Source: an uncultured Alphaproteobacteria bacterium
GTDB lineage: Bacteria; Pseudomonadota; Alphaproteobacteria; Rs-D84
NCBI GenBank assembly: GCA_944389465.1
Contig: CALXML010000002.1
Span: forward strand, 22,633 to 86,632
Direction: 5' to 3'
Length of the DNA stretch: 64,000 nt
The notes under the pieces were generated by a model that saw only the letters and a program-made list of their open reading frames with translations, was not told the origin of the DNA and did not search any database. Shown piece by piece: positions 44,688-54,049 of the stretch (position 1 is the first letter of the stretch; each line of letters starts with the position of its first letter). The translations under genes were made by a program, and so were the position numbers.

Positions 44688-44848
44688 ATAAGGTGCATAA
44701 TATTTAATTCTGCGACACGGCGGCACTTCGCTGCGCTGCGCAGTCGCCATACGCCCACAATCGGAATATCATATTATGATAAAAAAGACTTGATTTCCAG
44801 TTATTTTTAACATAAAATCCACACAGTAATAAATAAAAGGTTTATAAA

Positions 44849-45028
44849 ATGGCATCCAAGAAAGGCAGTAAAGAAGTTGTAAAGCTGGAAAATAAAGAAA
44901 CTGGCTATTTTTATACAACAACTAAAAATACTCGTTCGGAAAATACAGCGGGCAAAATGAAATTCCGCAAGTATGACCCAAAACTGCGCAAGCATGTTGT
45001 TATGACAGAGGCTAAAATGCCCCATTAA
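44849..45028 (+). CDS. rpmG: 50S ribosomal protein L33
   Basis: Not in ORF track (59 aa). [59 protein letters not shown] matches L33 (..TG.FY.T.KN.R......K...RKYDP..RKHV...E.K). Confidence 0.9.
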   Translation: MASKKGSKEVVKLENKETGYFYTTTKNTRSENTAGKMKFRKYDPKLRKHVVMTEAKMPH

Positions 45029-45049
45029 TTTGCGGCGGTTATATTTTTA

Positions 45050-45079
45050 CACCGGCATCAATTGATGCCGGTGTTTTTT
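45050..45079 (+). terminator. intrinsic terminator after rpmG
   Basis: CACCGGCATCAATTGATGCCGGTG followed by TTTTTT. Confidence 0.85.
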
Positions 45080-45126
45080 ATTCTGGTTTCGCATAATTTG
45101 CGTGGCACTGTTATTTAATTTTCAAA

Positions 45127-46419
45127 CTATTTCTTTACGCCGAACGCCATATCCATTTTAACGCCATCCGCACCTTCGTCAACGGTGGCGAAACCGGTGG
45201 CCTCGGTCGGGATAAAGGTTTCTGGATTTTCACCATAATACTTTACATCCATTGTGCCGGTCAGTTCCGCGCGCTTGTCCGTGTTTTCCGCGTTAAATTG
45301 GAAATTTTGACTGTATGCGTTACCGCTGTATCCCCAAAAAGTAAAATCTGTGTTCTGTTCACCAATTTTCTTGGTTGCGTCCACGTTATACCATCCGTTA
45401 AACAGGGCGGTTATATCAATTGTGCCGGTGGTGGCGTCCATATTTAACCATGCATTGCCGTCAAAGTTTTTTGTTTCTGGAACATCACCCTTGTCCGATG
45501 TAACGCGTGCAACGGCCGAACCTGAAAAGGACAATCCATTTTCTGGCACAACCACATCTGTTTCTTTTATTTGTTTGGATTCATACCCGCCGGCAAACAG
45601 ACCGGTATCAGATTCTGTAATTTCATTATTAATATTATATGTATTTATTGTATATGTTCCAAAGTCAGAATATGTCAGACCAATATCCTTGCCATCTGAT
45701 TCGTAATCAAATTTCTGTATGGCATATGTTTCAATATCTGTACCATCATGACGAAAAAAGTTATCGTATTCCGTTGCATTCGTGCCGTCGGCGTTTGATA
45801 CAGTTATTCCATTGATTTGGCCGTCTTTGAATATAAAAGTCAATTTTTGATTGGATATTGTATCCAAAACAATTTCATTACCGGATTGGGTTGGGTCCAA
45901 AACAACGGCGTTATTTTTTATTTCACTGGCCACCTTGGCAAAATCGGACATATGCCCATCGCGCCATTCGGTAAAGCATTCCACGGAATTAACATCCGTA
46001 TCAAAACAACGGTTCAGCCGATTATCTATCATATATACAGCCATATGGAATAAATCTGTTTTATCGGCAAAATGTTCTGATATTTCATCCGTGGTCAAAC
46101 TGGAATCAGATAAATACAGTGCCGCGGTGGCAATGTCGGCCTTGGATATATCTGAACCAAAATCAGGATTTATTTCATCCCAATCATTCAGGCGATAATT
46201 CACAAAATCTGCAACCTGATTGGCGTTGCGCATATAAATGCCGGTTATATTACTGTTGTGTTCCACCGCCGCATTTTCAAAATTTCCCGTTGGATTTGTT
46301 GGGCGTGGACCAACACCCTTGTCCGGACCACCGGGGATATACCCAGAAACGCCACCACCATTGTCCACGCACCCTGTCACCAGTGCAATAATGCCCAACG
46401 TATACAGAATTCGTTTCAT
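45127..46419 (-). CDS. surface-lipoprotein candidate with TbpB/fHbp-like C-terminal beta-barrel
   Basis: Lipobox ALVTGCV. ..YSDFGTY..LFAGGY.. and a C-terminal ..KYYGENPETFIPTEATGFATV....MAFGVKK match the TbpB_B_D pattern (FYGp.a.E.aG.f....FGa.k). Confidence 0.7.
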   Translation of the reverse strand: MKRILYTLGIIALVTGCVDNGGGVSGYIPGGPDKGVGPRPTNPTGNFENAAVEHNSNITGIYMRNANQVADFVNYRLNDWDEINPDFGSDISKADIATAALYLSDSSLTTDEISEHFADKTDLFHMAVYMIDNRLNRCFDTDVNSVECFTEWRDGHMSDFAKVASEIKNNAVVLDPTQSGNEIVLDTISNQKLTFIFKDGQINGITVSNADGTNATEYDNFFRHDGTDIETYAIQKFDYESDGKDIGLTYSDFGTYTINTYNINNEITESDTGLFAGGYESKQIKETDVVVPENGLSFSGSAVARVTSDKGDVPETKNFDGNAWLNMDATTGTIDITALFNGWYNVDATKKIGEQNTDFTFWGYSGNAYSQNFQFNAENTDKRAELTGTMDVKYYGENPETFIPTEATGFATVDEGADGVKMDMAFGVKK

Positions 46420-46434
46420 ATTTACCCCCGCTGT

Positions 46435-47601
46435 TTAATTAACACCAAATGCAACATCCATATTTATTTTTTCATCATCGTATTGGATTGTACCGGTGGC
46501 CTCGGTCGGGATGCCTGCCGGCCCGTAATACCCGATATTGGCATTGGTTGTTCCCATTGTCCCAGATGGGTCAAATCCTGATTCTATTTTATCAGCAGGA
46601 TTTTTATTAAATTCAATGCTTGTGTTATTACCATCTTGGGTTACGGTGAAATTATACCAATTGGAAAATTCTGCACCAATTGTTGTCACAGGGTTACCGT
46701 CCGCGCCGCCCGTTGCATCAAACACCAATCTGGCCGTGCCATTTTTCAGATTTAATGTTTTTGTACCATTACTGACCGTGCCAACCGCGCGACCATCAAA
46801 AACCAATTTATCATCTGTAACGGCGGTTATGTCGTTAATGCGTTTATCAGTATACCCACCGGCAAAGGCAATATTTCTGCCAACTGTATCGCCAGACTTT
46901 ATATTATAAACCCCAAAATCAGAATATGATAATTTTAAATCTTGGCCACTTTCAAATGGTGCGCCCGTTTCATATGTTAATTTATCACCGTTTTGGGCGG
47001 TAAAAACATTGCCAGAATTGTTATTGCGCGTATATTCAATGTTATTGGCAACAATACTGTTAATGTTCCCCGCGGAATCAACCGTAAAAGTTAATTCTGT
47101 ATCGGCATTTGTTATAAATTTTGCATTACTGATATTCAGTGGAATTGCATTTTCGCGCAATGCACCAATGGCAGTATCCACAACAGATGAATTTTCTGTT
47201 TTCCAATTGTTTACGCACGCCGCAACATCAGATACACCGGCACAGTCCGAATATAATTCTGGGTTCAGAATATACATTGCAGGATTTAACAGACTTTCAT
47301 CAATATCATCATAAGTTGCCGTCCCATCAGCAATTTGTATTGCCAATTTGGCAAATTCCAATTCAGCACCCGCCTTTTTATCACCGGTATACCCGTTTAA
47401 TCTGTTTTTAATATATTTTCCCGCCTGTGCATCATTTGTAACAATCATATTAGTTACGGATTTATTATTTGATTTTGCAGCATCCGTATACGGTGTCGTA
47501 CTGGGGTGACCGGGGCGCACATATCCCGCAGATGGTGTACCGCCATCTGTACATGCCGTTAATATCCCCAGCAATATCATAGCGTACGGAAATCTTTTCA
47601 T
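46435..47601 (-). CDS. surface-lipoprotein candidate with TbpB/fHbp-like C-terminal beta-barrel (tandem paralog)
   Basis: Lipobox ILTACT. ..YSDFGVY..AFAGGY.. and ..GYYGPAGIPTEATGTIQY....VAFGVN. Same architecture as the downstream gene. Confidence 0.7.
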   Translation of the reverse strand: MKRFPYAMILLGILTACTDGGTPSAGYVRPGHPSTTPYTDAAKSNNKSVTNMIVTNDAQAGKYIKNRLNGYTGDKKAGAELEFAKLAIQIADGTATYDDIDESLLNPAMYILNPELYSDCAGVSDVAACVNNWKTENSSVVDTAIGALRENAIPLNISNAKFITNADTELTFTVDSAGNINSIVANNIEYTRNNNSGNVFTAQNGDKLTYETGAPFESGQDLKLSYSDFGVYNIKSGDTVGRNIAFAGGYTDKRINDITAVTDDKLVFDGRAVGTVSNGTKTLNLKNGTARLVFDATGGADGNPVTTIGAEFSNWYNFTVTQDGNNTSIEFNKNPADKIESGFDPSGTMGTTNANIGYYGPAGIPTEATGTIQYDDEKINMDVAFGVN

Positions 47602-47705
47602 ATTCCACCCCCTTTCATTAATTAGATTGTAGAAAGTTTATGAATGTTATACAAGCGGATTTTTTTAACGGGCATTTGTAATCACAGCAACGCATTTTTT
47701 GTATA

Positions 47706-47734
47706 CAAAAAAACGGGGCAGTGCCCCGTCTTTT
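47706..47734. terminator. intrinsic terminator after gap (usable in both directions)
   Basis: AAAAAAACGGGGCAGTGCCCCGTCTTTT. Confidence 0.75.
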
Positions 47735-48734
47735 ATTTAATCAGTTTACCCATTGCAACGGCTGTATCGCCCATGCGGTTTGAAAAGCCCCATTCGTTAT
47801 CGTACCATGCGGTTACGTGTACCAAACGGTCGCCCAAAACCTTGGTCTGGGATGCGTCAAAGATTGAACTGTGTGCGTCGCCCTTGAAATCAACGGAAAC
47901 CAATGTTTTGTCATTGTATCCAAATGTTTTTGATTCAGCCGCACGCATTGCGTTGTTTACTGCTTCAACAGTTGCGTCGCGTTCCAGATTTACAACCAAT
48001 TCAACAACGGATACGTCTGGGGTTGGTACGCGAATTGCCATACCATCCAATTTGCCCGCTAATTTTGGCAATACCAAACCAATTGCCTTGGCTGCGCCGG
48101 TGCTGGTTGGAATCATGGACAGACCTGCCGCACGTGCACGGCGGAAATCCTTGTGATTTTTATCCAACAATTGCTGGTCACCGGTGTATGCGTGCACAGT
48201 TGTCATCCATCCAGATATAATACCGAATGTGTCATCCAACACTTTTGCCACAGGGGCCAAGCAGTTTGTTGTGCATGACGCATTTGATACGATTAAATCA
48301 TCTGGGGTTAATGTATCTTGGTTAACACCGAAAACGATGGTTTTATCTGCGCCGGCGGACGGTGCAGAAACCAAAACGCGCCGTGCACCGCAATCCAAAT
48401 GAACACGTGCTTTTTCAGCGGCTGTAAATATACCAGTGCATTCCATAACGACATCAATATCCAAATCACGCCATGGCAATTTAGTTGGGTCTTTTTCTGC
48501 AATGCATTTAATTTTCTGGTCACCAACAATGATGTATTCGCCATCCAGTTTTACATCCATCGGCAATTTACCGTGTACAGAATCATACTGTAACAGATAA
48601 GCATTTTGTTCGGCCGGTGCCAAATCGTTTACTGCAACAAATTCAATGTCATCGCGCCCAGATACCAATGCCGCGCGCAATACCAAACGACCAATACGGC
48701 CAAAACCGTTAATTGCTACTCTTACTTTTGACAT
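47733..48734 (-). CDS. gap: type I glyceraldehyde-3-phosphate dehydrogenase
   Basis: MSKVRVAINGFGRIGR at the internal ATG 48734, SNASCTTNCLAP active site, WYDNEWGFS. Confidence 0.95.
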   Translation of the reverse strand: MSKVRVAINGFGRIGRLVLRAALVSGRDDIEFVAVNDLAPAEQNAYLLQYDSVHGKLPMDVKLDGEYIIVGDQKIKCIAEKDPTKLPWRDLDIDVVMECTGIFTAAEKARVHLDCGARRVLVSAPSAGADKTIVFGVNQDTLTPDDLIVSNASCTTNCLAPVAKVLDDTFGIISGWMTTVHAYTGDQQLLDKNHKDFRRARAAGLSMIPTSTGAAKAIGLVLPKLAGKLDGMAIRVPTPDVSVVELVVNLERDATVEAVNNAMRAAESKTFGYNDKTLVSVDFKGDAHSSIFDASQTKVLGDRLVHVTAWYDNEWGFSNRMGDTAVAMGKLIK

Positions 48735-48864
48735 TTTTATTCCTTTCGTTTTTTTTCTTAATTGGACGGTGGTATTGTAGCATCCTGTGAAAAATGTGCA
48801 ATCTGAAATTTTAAGTATTGCACTGGACTTGAATTTGTTGGGTTCTGGATGTATAATTCGCAAA

Positions 48865-49731
48865 ATGATTGAAAAACATAAATCTTATATAATAACTGGG
48901 CCAACTGCATCTGGGAAATCAAAGTACGCACATAATTTGGCGGTCCAGATGAATGGCGTTATAATTAATTGCGACAGTGTTCAAATATATCGCGGTATTG
49001 AAAACATATCGGCCAGTCCCTTTGCCGGCCGTGAATTAACCGATGACATAGATGGTGTCCCATACCGTCTGTTTTCTGTATTGCCATTAAATGTTCAAAT
49101 CAGTGTGGCGGATTATCTGGAAATGGCACGCCGTGAATATGAAAACGCGTGTTCGTTGGGATATACACCAATATTTGTTGGTGGCACGGGTTATTATATA
49201 AATGCAATAATAAACGGAATTTCACCAATGCCGGATGTATCGCCGGAAAACAGGGCGCGCGCACGTGAAATGGTTGCAACGGATATTGATGCGGCGCGGA
49301 AAATGTTACCGCCTGATTTTCGGGCAACCGACCCCCAGCGAATTGCCCGTGCGCTGGAAGTATTTTTGCAAACCGGCCGTCATTTAACCGAATGGCAAAG
49401 TTTACCACGCAGTGGCGCGATTGTGCCAACACCGTATAAAATATTAATAAACCCAGACACAGATGAATTGCGCCAACGCATAAAATCACGCATTCCCCAA
49501 ATGATTGCTGGGGGTGCATTGGACGAAGCGCGCGCCATAATCGCGGCCAATTGGGACGCGCGTCGTGCAATTGGTGCGGCACAATTGTGCGCATATGTTA
49601 ATGGGAAAATATCGCGTGACGATTGCGTAAATGATTGGATAAACAAAACAAATCAGTATGCAAAAAGGCAACGAACATGGTTTCGTACACAATTCGTTGC
49701 CGATTTGGAAATAAAAGACGCAATTAAATAA
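48865..49731 (+). CDS. miaA: tRNA dimethylallyltransferase
   Basis: ITGPTASGKS P-loop at the internal ATG 48865, DSVQIYRG, FVGGTGYY, and a QRTWFR-like C-terminus. Confidence 0.9.
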   Translation: MIEKHKSYIITGPTASGKSKYAHNLAVQMNGVIINCDSVQIYRGIENISASPFAGRELTDDIDGVPYRLFSVLPLNVQISVADYLEMARREYENACSLGYTPIFVGGTGYYINAIINGISPMPDVSPENRARAREMVATDIDAARKMLPPDFRATDPQRIARALEVFLQTGRHLTEWQSLPRSGAIVPTPYKILINPDTDELRQRIKSRIPQMIAGGALDEARAIIAANWDARRAIGAAQLCAYVNGKISRDDCVNDWINKTNQYAKRQRTWFRTQFVADLEIKDAIK

Positions 49732-49733
49732 TT

Positions 49734-50288
49734 TTATCTTTTTCTGATAACAATTTCTATTATCTGATTGCTTTGCTTGGCCTTGGCCGCATAAAAATTT
49801 TTCTGTGCGTCTTTGTTTTTCTGATTCTTTCTGTGCTGGGCAGATTTTTTATAAACATTGTTGCGACGTTTATCACGTGCTTCGCGTTCCATTTCCTGAC
49901 GTGCCAATAATTTTTGAATATATGAAGAATTGTCGTATAAAGTATGCTTTAAAATTTCTTTTGCTTTTTTACGTGTCGGAATATTGTGATTATGCATTGT
50001 GTACGCGGATAAATAATCAGCCATCAAATTAGTCAATGCATTCAGAAATTGCGGATTGGTTGAATCAGAATTACGCGAATCCAGAAATCTGATAAACATT
50101 TTAGTTTGAAATATTATGAAATTTTCAACTTCTGGGGCATATGGAATTTTGCTGCGCCACGTATTGCGAACTTCGGCCTGTGTGGCATAAGATGGACCAA
50201 ATTTTTCCAAAATCATATTTGTTATGTGAATTGTATGTGTTGAAAATACTTTCTGTGCAGCAGTTTGCTTTTTATAATTTTTATTCAT
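49734..50288 (-). CDS. hypothetical basic protein
   Basis: 184-aa ORF with a Lys/Arg-rich C-terminus. No family recognised. Confidence 0.4.
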   Translation of the reverse strand: MNKNYKKQTAAQKVFSTHTIHITNMILEKFGPSYATQAEVRNTWRSKIPYAPEVENFIIFQTKMFIRFLDSRNSDSTNPQFLNALTNLMADYLSAYTMHNHNIPTRKKAKEILKHTLYDNSSYIQKLLARQEMEREARDKRRNNVYKKSAQHRKNQKNKDAQKNFYAAKAKQSNQIIEIVIRKR

Positions 50289-50363
50289 GGCATAATCCGT
50301 TTTTTTATGATGTATATCAGTTTAGTACAAATATCTGGTTTGTCAATCATAAATATAGCATAT

Positions 50364-51095
50364 TTATTTTTGCTGTGGGGCATTTGCGATTTGCGCATAA
50401 TTTTGTTTGATATGGTTGATAATTCCGGATTTTTTCATTTTTGACGAATACGCCACAGTATTGTTAAATTCGTTATCCAGAAATCCCCAATTTGCATATT
50501 CCCAATCAATAACACCGACAACTTGTTTGGTTTTTCTGTCAATAATCATATTGTTGCACATATCATTGTGATTCCAACCATCGCCATCAACGCCATTGCG
50601 TAAATCATCAATTTCAGGGACATATGCATTATGAATGGCATAAATAAATTCAGCCAATTGTCGTCCCCATACATCGGCGTGCCGCTTTATCATTTTTACA
50701 GAACAGGTATTTAAGTTTTTGCCCGCTATGAAATCATATTTATAAAAAGTATATTTTCCGGCGCGAATAATTTCTATGTGTGGTATGCGCAGCGGCGATA
50801 TATTCGCAAAGGCATCCGTTATTCTTTTTTCACGGTTTATTTTTTGTACAGGGGTTTTTGCGTCATATATTTTTCTGATTTTAAAAACATATTTTTTATC
50901 AACAATAAATCCGATATTCCAACCACCCTTTATCATACGGGTATTGCGGAATTTTAATTCAGGAAACTTTTTTTTCAATGCCCTGTATTTGTTTTTCCAA
51001 TCAAATAATTTTTCCATACGCAAATGATTGCGAACAGACCTGATTGGAATTAATCCAGTTAAAAAATAGCAAATTTCAAAGAATAACTTCCACAT
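50364..51095 (-). CDS. phosphotransferase (APH/choline-kinase-like) family protein
   Basis: HNDMCNNMIIDRKTKQVVGVIDWEYANWG matches the catalytic loop H.D....N... and the IDW motif of APH kinases. Confidence 0.75.
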   Translation of the reverse strand: MWKLFFEICYFLTGLIPIRSVRNHLRMEKLFDWKNKYRALKKKFPELKFRNTRMIKGGWNIGFIVDKKYVFKIRKIYDAKTPVQKINREKRITDAFANISPLRIPHIEIIRAGKYTFYKYDFIAGKNLNTCSVKMIKRHADVWGRQLAEFIYAIHNAYVPEIDDLRNGVDGDGWNHNDMCNNMIIDRKTKQVVGVIDWEYANWGFLDNEFNNTVAYSSKMKKSGIINHIKQNYAQIANAPQQK

Positions 51096-51164
51096 AAACG
51101 TTGTCTTTTCTGTGTGTTTATAAATGGTATTGAAAAAAAAGAAAAAAACAAGTACTTTGTGATT

Positions 51165-53372
51165 ATGTTCAAATCAGGTGACATTGTAAAAGTTTTAATA
51201 CCGAATGTTGTTAATACCGGTTATGATTACCGGTTAACGGGCGCGGCTGATTTGGGAACATTTGTTCGTGTGTCTGTTATGAACCGTCAATATATCGGTG
51301 TTGTATATGGTATCGGCGACAGTAATTTACCACCGGAAAAAATAAAAAGCGTATTGGAAATATATCCAGAACATTTGTCTGTTGCCGATTTACAATGGAT
51401 ACAGAAAATGTCTGCATGGACATTAATGACGGTCGGTGGTGTTTTGCGGTTAATTGTAAATGTACCGGATGCCTTTTCCCCGCCACGTATGGAACAGTTG
51501 TATATATATAACACGGAATCCGATGCGCGTATGACAGATGCCCGTCAATCTGTGGCGGATGCGTTTGCGTCAAATGATAATGATGCAATGGGAGCATCGG
51601 ATATTCAAAATATCGCGCACGTCAGTGGCGCGGTGGTGCGAACCATGATACGCCGCGGTATTTTAATTCCAACAACTGCCCGCCCACGTGATACGGACTT
51701 TTCACATTTAATTTATACGGATAATGGCACGGTTCAGTTAAATGCCGAACAATTGGCCGCCGCACACGAAATAAATAACGCAATTGACAGGGGTGGTTTT
51801 TCAGCATATTTGTTGGACGGTATCACCGGCAGTGGCAAGACTCAGGTTTATTTTGATGCCGCATGGCATGCGTATAATCGTGGGGCATCTGTATTACTGA
51901 TGATGCCTGAAATCGCCTTGACGGCACAGTTTATGTCACGGTACGAGCAACGATTTGGTGCACCACCAATTGTCTGGCACAGTAATTTAACCGCGGCCCG
52001 TCGTCGTGAAATTTGGCGTGGGGTTTTGCGTGGTCAAATTCGTATGGTTGTTGGAACGCGCAGTGCACTGTTTTTACCGTGGCAGAATTTGGGGCTGGTT
52101 GTTGTGGACGAAGAACATGATACATCATATAAACAGGAAGATATGGGGAATTACCACGCGCGTGATATGGCTGTTTTGCGGGCCAAAATTTCCGGCTTTC
52201 CCATTATATTGGCCAGTGCCACCCCATCGGCTGAAACATTGCAAAATGTTGCAGATGGCAAATATACGCGCCTGAAATTAACGTCACGCTTTGGTGGGGC
52301 ATCTTTGCCAACCATAACCACAATAGATATGCGTGAAAATCGTCCTGAACAATACAAATTACCAACTGATACTGATGACACGCCGCCACATACGGGCAGT
52401 TTGTCACCAATATTATGCGACGCCATTGGCGAAACTTTAAATGCAGGCCATCAGACAATGTTGTTTATAAACAGACGTGGTTTTGCGCCAATTGTTCAGT
52501 GTAAAAAATGCGGTTGGGTGGCCCAGTGCCCTGATTGCAGTGTTGGTATGACATATCACAAACATCTGGGGAAATTATTGTGCCATATGTGCGGTCGCAC
52601 AATGAACGTACCTGAAAAATGCCCCGAATGCGGCGATGTTGTATCATATCGTGGTGCCGGATTGGAAAAGATAGCAGAAGAGGTCAACATAAAATTCCCA
52701 TCTGCGCGTACCGCATTGGTGTCCAGCGATACAATTGTTTCGCGTCAGGCACTGGAACGAATTGTGAATAAAATGGAGTGTGGCGAAACCGACATTGTTA
52801 TTGGTACGCAAATTCTGGCCAAGGGTCACCATTTCCCAAACCTGACCTTGGTTGGTGTGGTTGATGCAGATATGGGGTTATTTGGTACTGACTTTCGTGC
52901 CGCCGAACATACATTTCAGCAATTGTTTCAGGTTGCTGGTCGTGCCGGTCGTGGTGCGGTTGCTGGTCGTGTTTTACTGCAAACATATCAGCCCGACCAT
53001 CCAGTATTACAGGCCATATGTGACGGCGACAGGGATGCGTTTATGGCATCTGATATGGCGGCGCGTCGCGCGGCAAAAATGCCGCCATACGGTCAATTAA
53101 TCGCATTGGTCATAGAATCCCCACGTGAATCCACCTTGAAACAATTTTGTTCTGCGCTGTCCGCCGCCGCGCCAATTGCCACGGGGGTAAAAATAATGGG
53201 CCCAATTGCGGCACAAATTTATCAGGTTCGTAATATGTACAGAATGCGTTTTTTGGTATCAGGCGATGCCCGCGCAATGTTGCAGCCATTGGTTGCGCAC
53301 TGGGTGGCCAAGGTTCGCGCCCCTGCCAACATTCGGATAAAGATTGATGTAAACCCGCAAAACTTTATGTAA
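51165..53372 (+). CDS. priA: primosomal replication restart helicase PriA
   Basis: LLDGITGSGKTQVY Walker A, VVDEEHD, Cys-rich Zn insertion (CKKCGW..CPDC..CHMCG..CPECG), 735 aa from ATG 51165. Confidence 0.93.
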   Translation: MFKSGDIVKVLIPNVVNTGYDYRLTGAADLGTFVRVSVMNRQYIGVVYGIGDSNLPPEKIKSVLEIYPEHLSVADLQWIQKMSAWTLMTVGGVLRLIVNVPDAFSPPRMEQLYIYNTESDARMTDARQSVADAFASNDNDAMGASDIQNIAHVSGAVVRTMIRRGILIPTTARPRDTDFSHLIYTDNGTVQLNAEQLAAAHEINNAIDRGGFSAYLLDGITGSGKTQVYFDAAWHAYNRGASVLLMMPEIALTAQFMSRYEQRFGAPPIVWHSNLTAARRREIWRGVLRGQIRMVVGTRSALFLPWQNLGLVVVDEEHDTSYKQEDMGNYHARDMAVLRAKISGFPIILASATPSAETLQNVADGKYTRLKLTSRFGGASLPTITTIDMRENRPEQYKLPTDTDDTPPHTGSLSPILCDAIGETLNAGHQTMLFINRRGFAPIVQCKKCGWVAQCPDCSVGMTYHKHLGKLLCHMCGRTMNVPEKCPECGDVVSYRGAGLEKIAEEVNIKFPSARTALVSSDTIVSRQALERIVNKMECGETDIVIGTQILAKGHHFPNLTLVGVVDADMGLFGTDFRAAEHTFQQLFQVAGRAGRGAVAGRVLLQTYQPDHPVLQAICDGDRDAFMASDMAARRAAKMPPYGQLIALVIESPRESTLKQFCSALSAAAPIATGVKIMGPIAAQIYQVRNMYRMRFLVSGDARAMLQPLVAHWVAKVRAPANIRIKIDVNPQNFM

Positions 53373-53437
53373 TTGAATATGTGAACGGGTTGTATTATAA
53401 TATTGTTATAATCAACAGGCTAACCAAGGGGGGAAAT

Positions 53438-53758
53438 ATGTTGGATGTAATAGTTGCTTTTTTCATAATGTTTTGTGTTGCGTTGGTATGCGTGGCATTT
53501 TTGGCAATTCCAATTATGATTGCAAATGCGCGCGGCATTTGTGGTACTGAAAAAACAATAATTGTTGTTTTATCAATATTGGGAATCTTTTTTGGATTAA
53601 CATGGGTTGTTGCGCTGGTGCTGGCATTGGTATGGCGTGGCGATTGCATTGGTGGCGACAGTTTGGATAAATTGGAAAAATTGTCCCGCCTGTACAAGGA
53701 CAAGGTTATAACAAAATCAGAATATGAACGTATGAAATCAAAACTGTTGCGTGAATAA
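53438..53758 (+). CDS. small membrane protein, superinfection-immunity (Imm)-like TM region plus SHOCT domain
   Basis: Two TM helices followed by ..LEKLSRLYKDKVITKSEYERMKSKLL (SHOCT pattern). AAGGGGGGAA SD. Confidence 0.6.
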   Translation: MLDVIVAFFIMFCVALVCVAFLAIPIMIANARGICGTEKTIIVVLSILGIFFGLTWVVALVLALVWRGDCIGGDSLDKLEKLSRLYKDKVITKSEYERMKSKLLRE

Positions 53759-53767
53759 ATACGCAAA

Positions 53768-53795
53768 TAAAAAACGGCCATTTGGCCGTTTTTTT
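53768..53795. terminator. bidirectional intrinsic terminator
   Basis: AAAAAACGGCCATTTGGCCGTTTTTTT. Confidence 0.8.
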
Positions 53796-54006
53796 ATTTT
53801 GTTTTTTCACGGTGTGCAAATATAGTTTTTATTTTATCAGCCGCATCCATAAACACATCAACCAAACAACGCCTGTTTAATAATTCATTTTCACGCTGGG
53901 TGGCTAAATCCATTTTATATTTTTCAAATTTGCGCATTTGTTCATCAGTTTCTGGTGTCGGAATGCGAATATTTGGGTCTGTGATATTCAAAGGTTCGTT
54001 ATTCAT
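53794..54006 (-). CDS. hypothetical small protein
   Basis: 70-aa ORF immediately downstream of the VirB11-like gene. No family recognised. Confidence 0.4.
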   Translation of the reverse strand: MNNEPLNITDPNIRIPTPETDEQMRKFEKYKMDLATQRENELLNRRCLVDVFMDAADKIKTIFAHREKTK

Positions 54007-54049
54007 TCGTTTTAATTCCTGTTATTAATAATATAATTCAAATTGTTTG

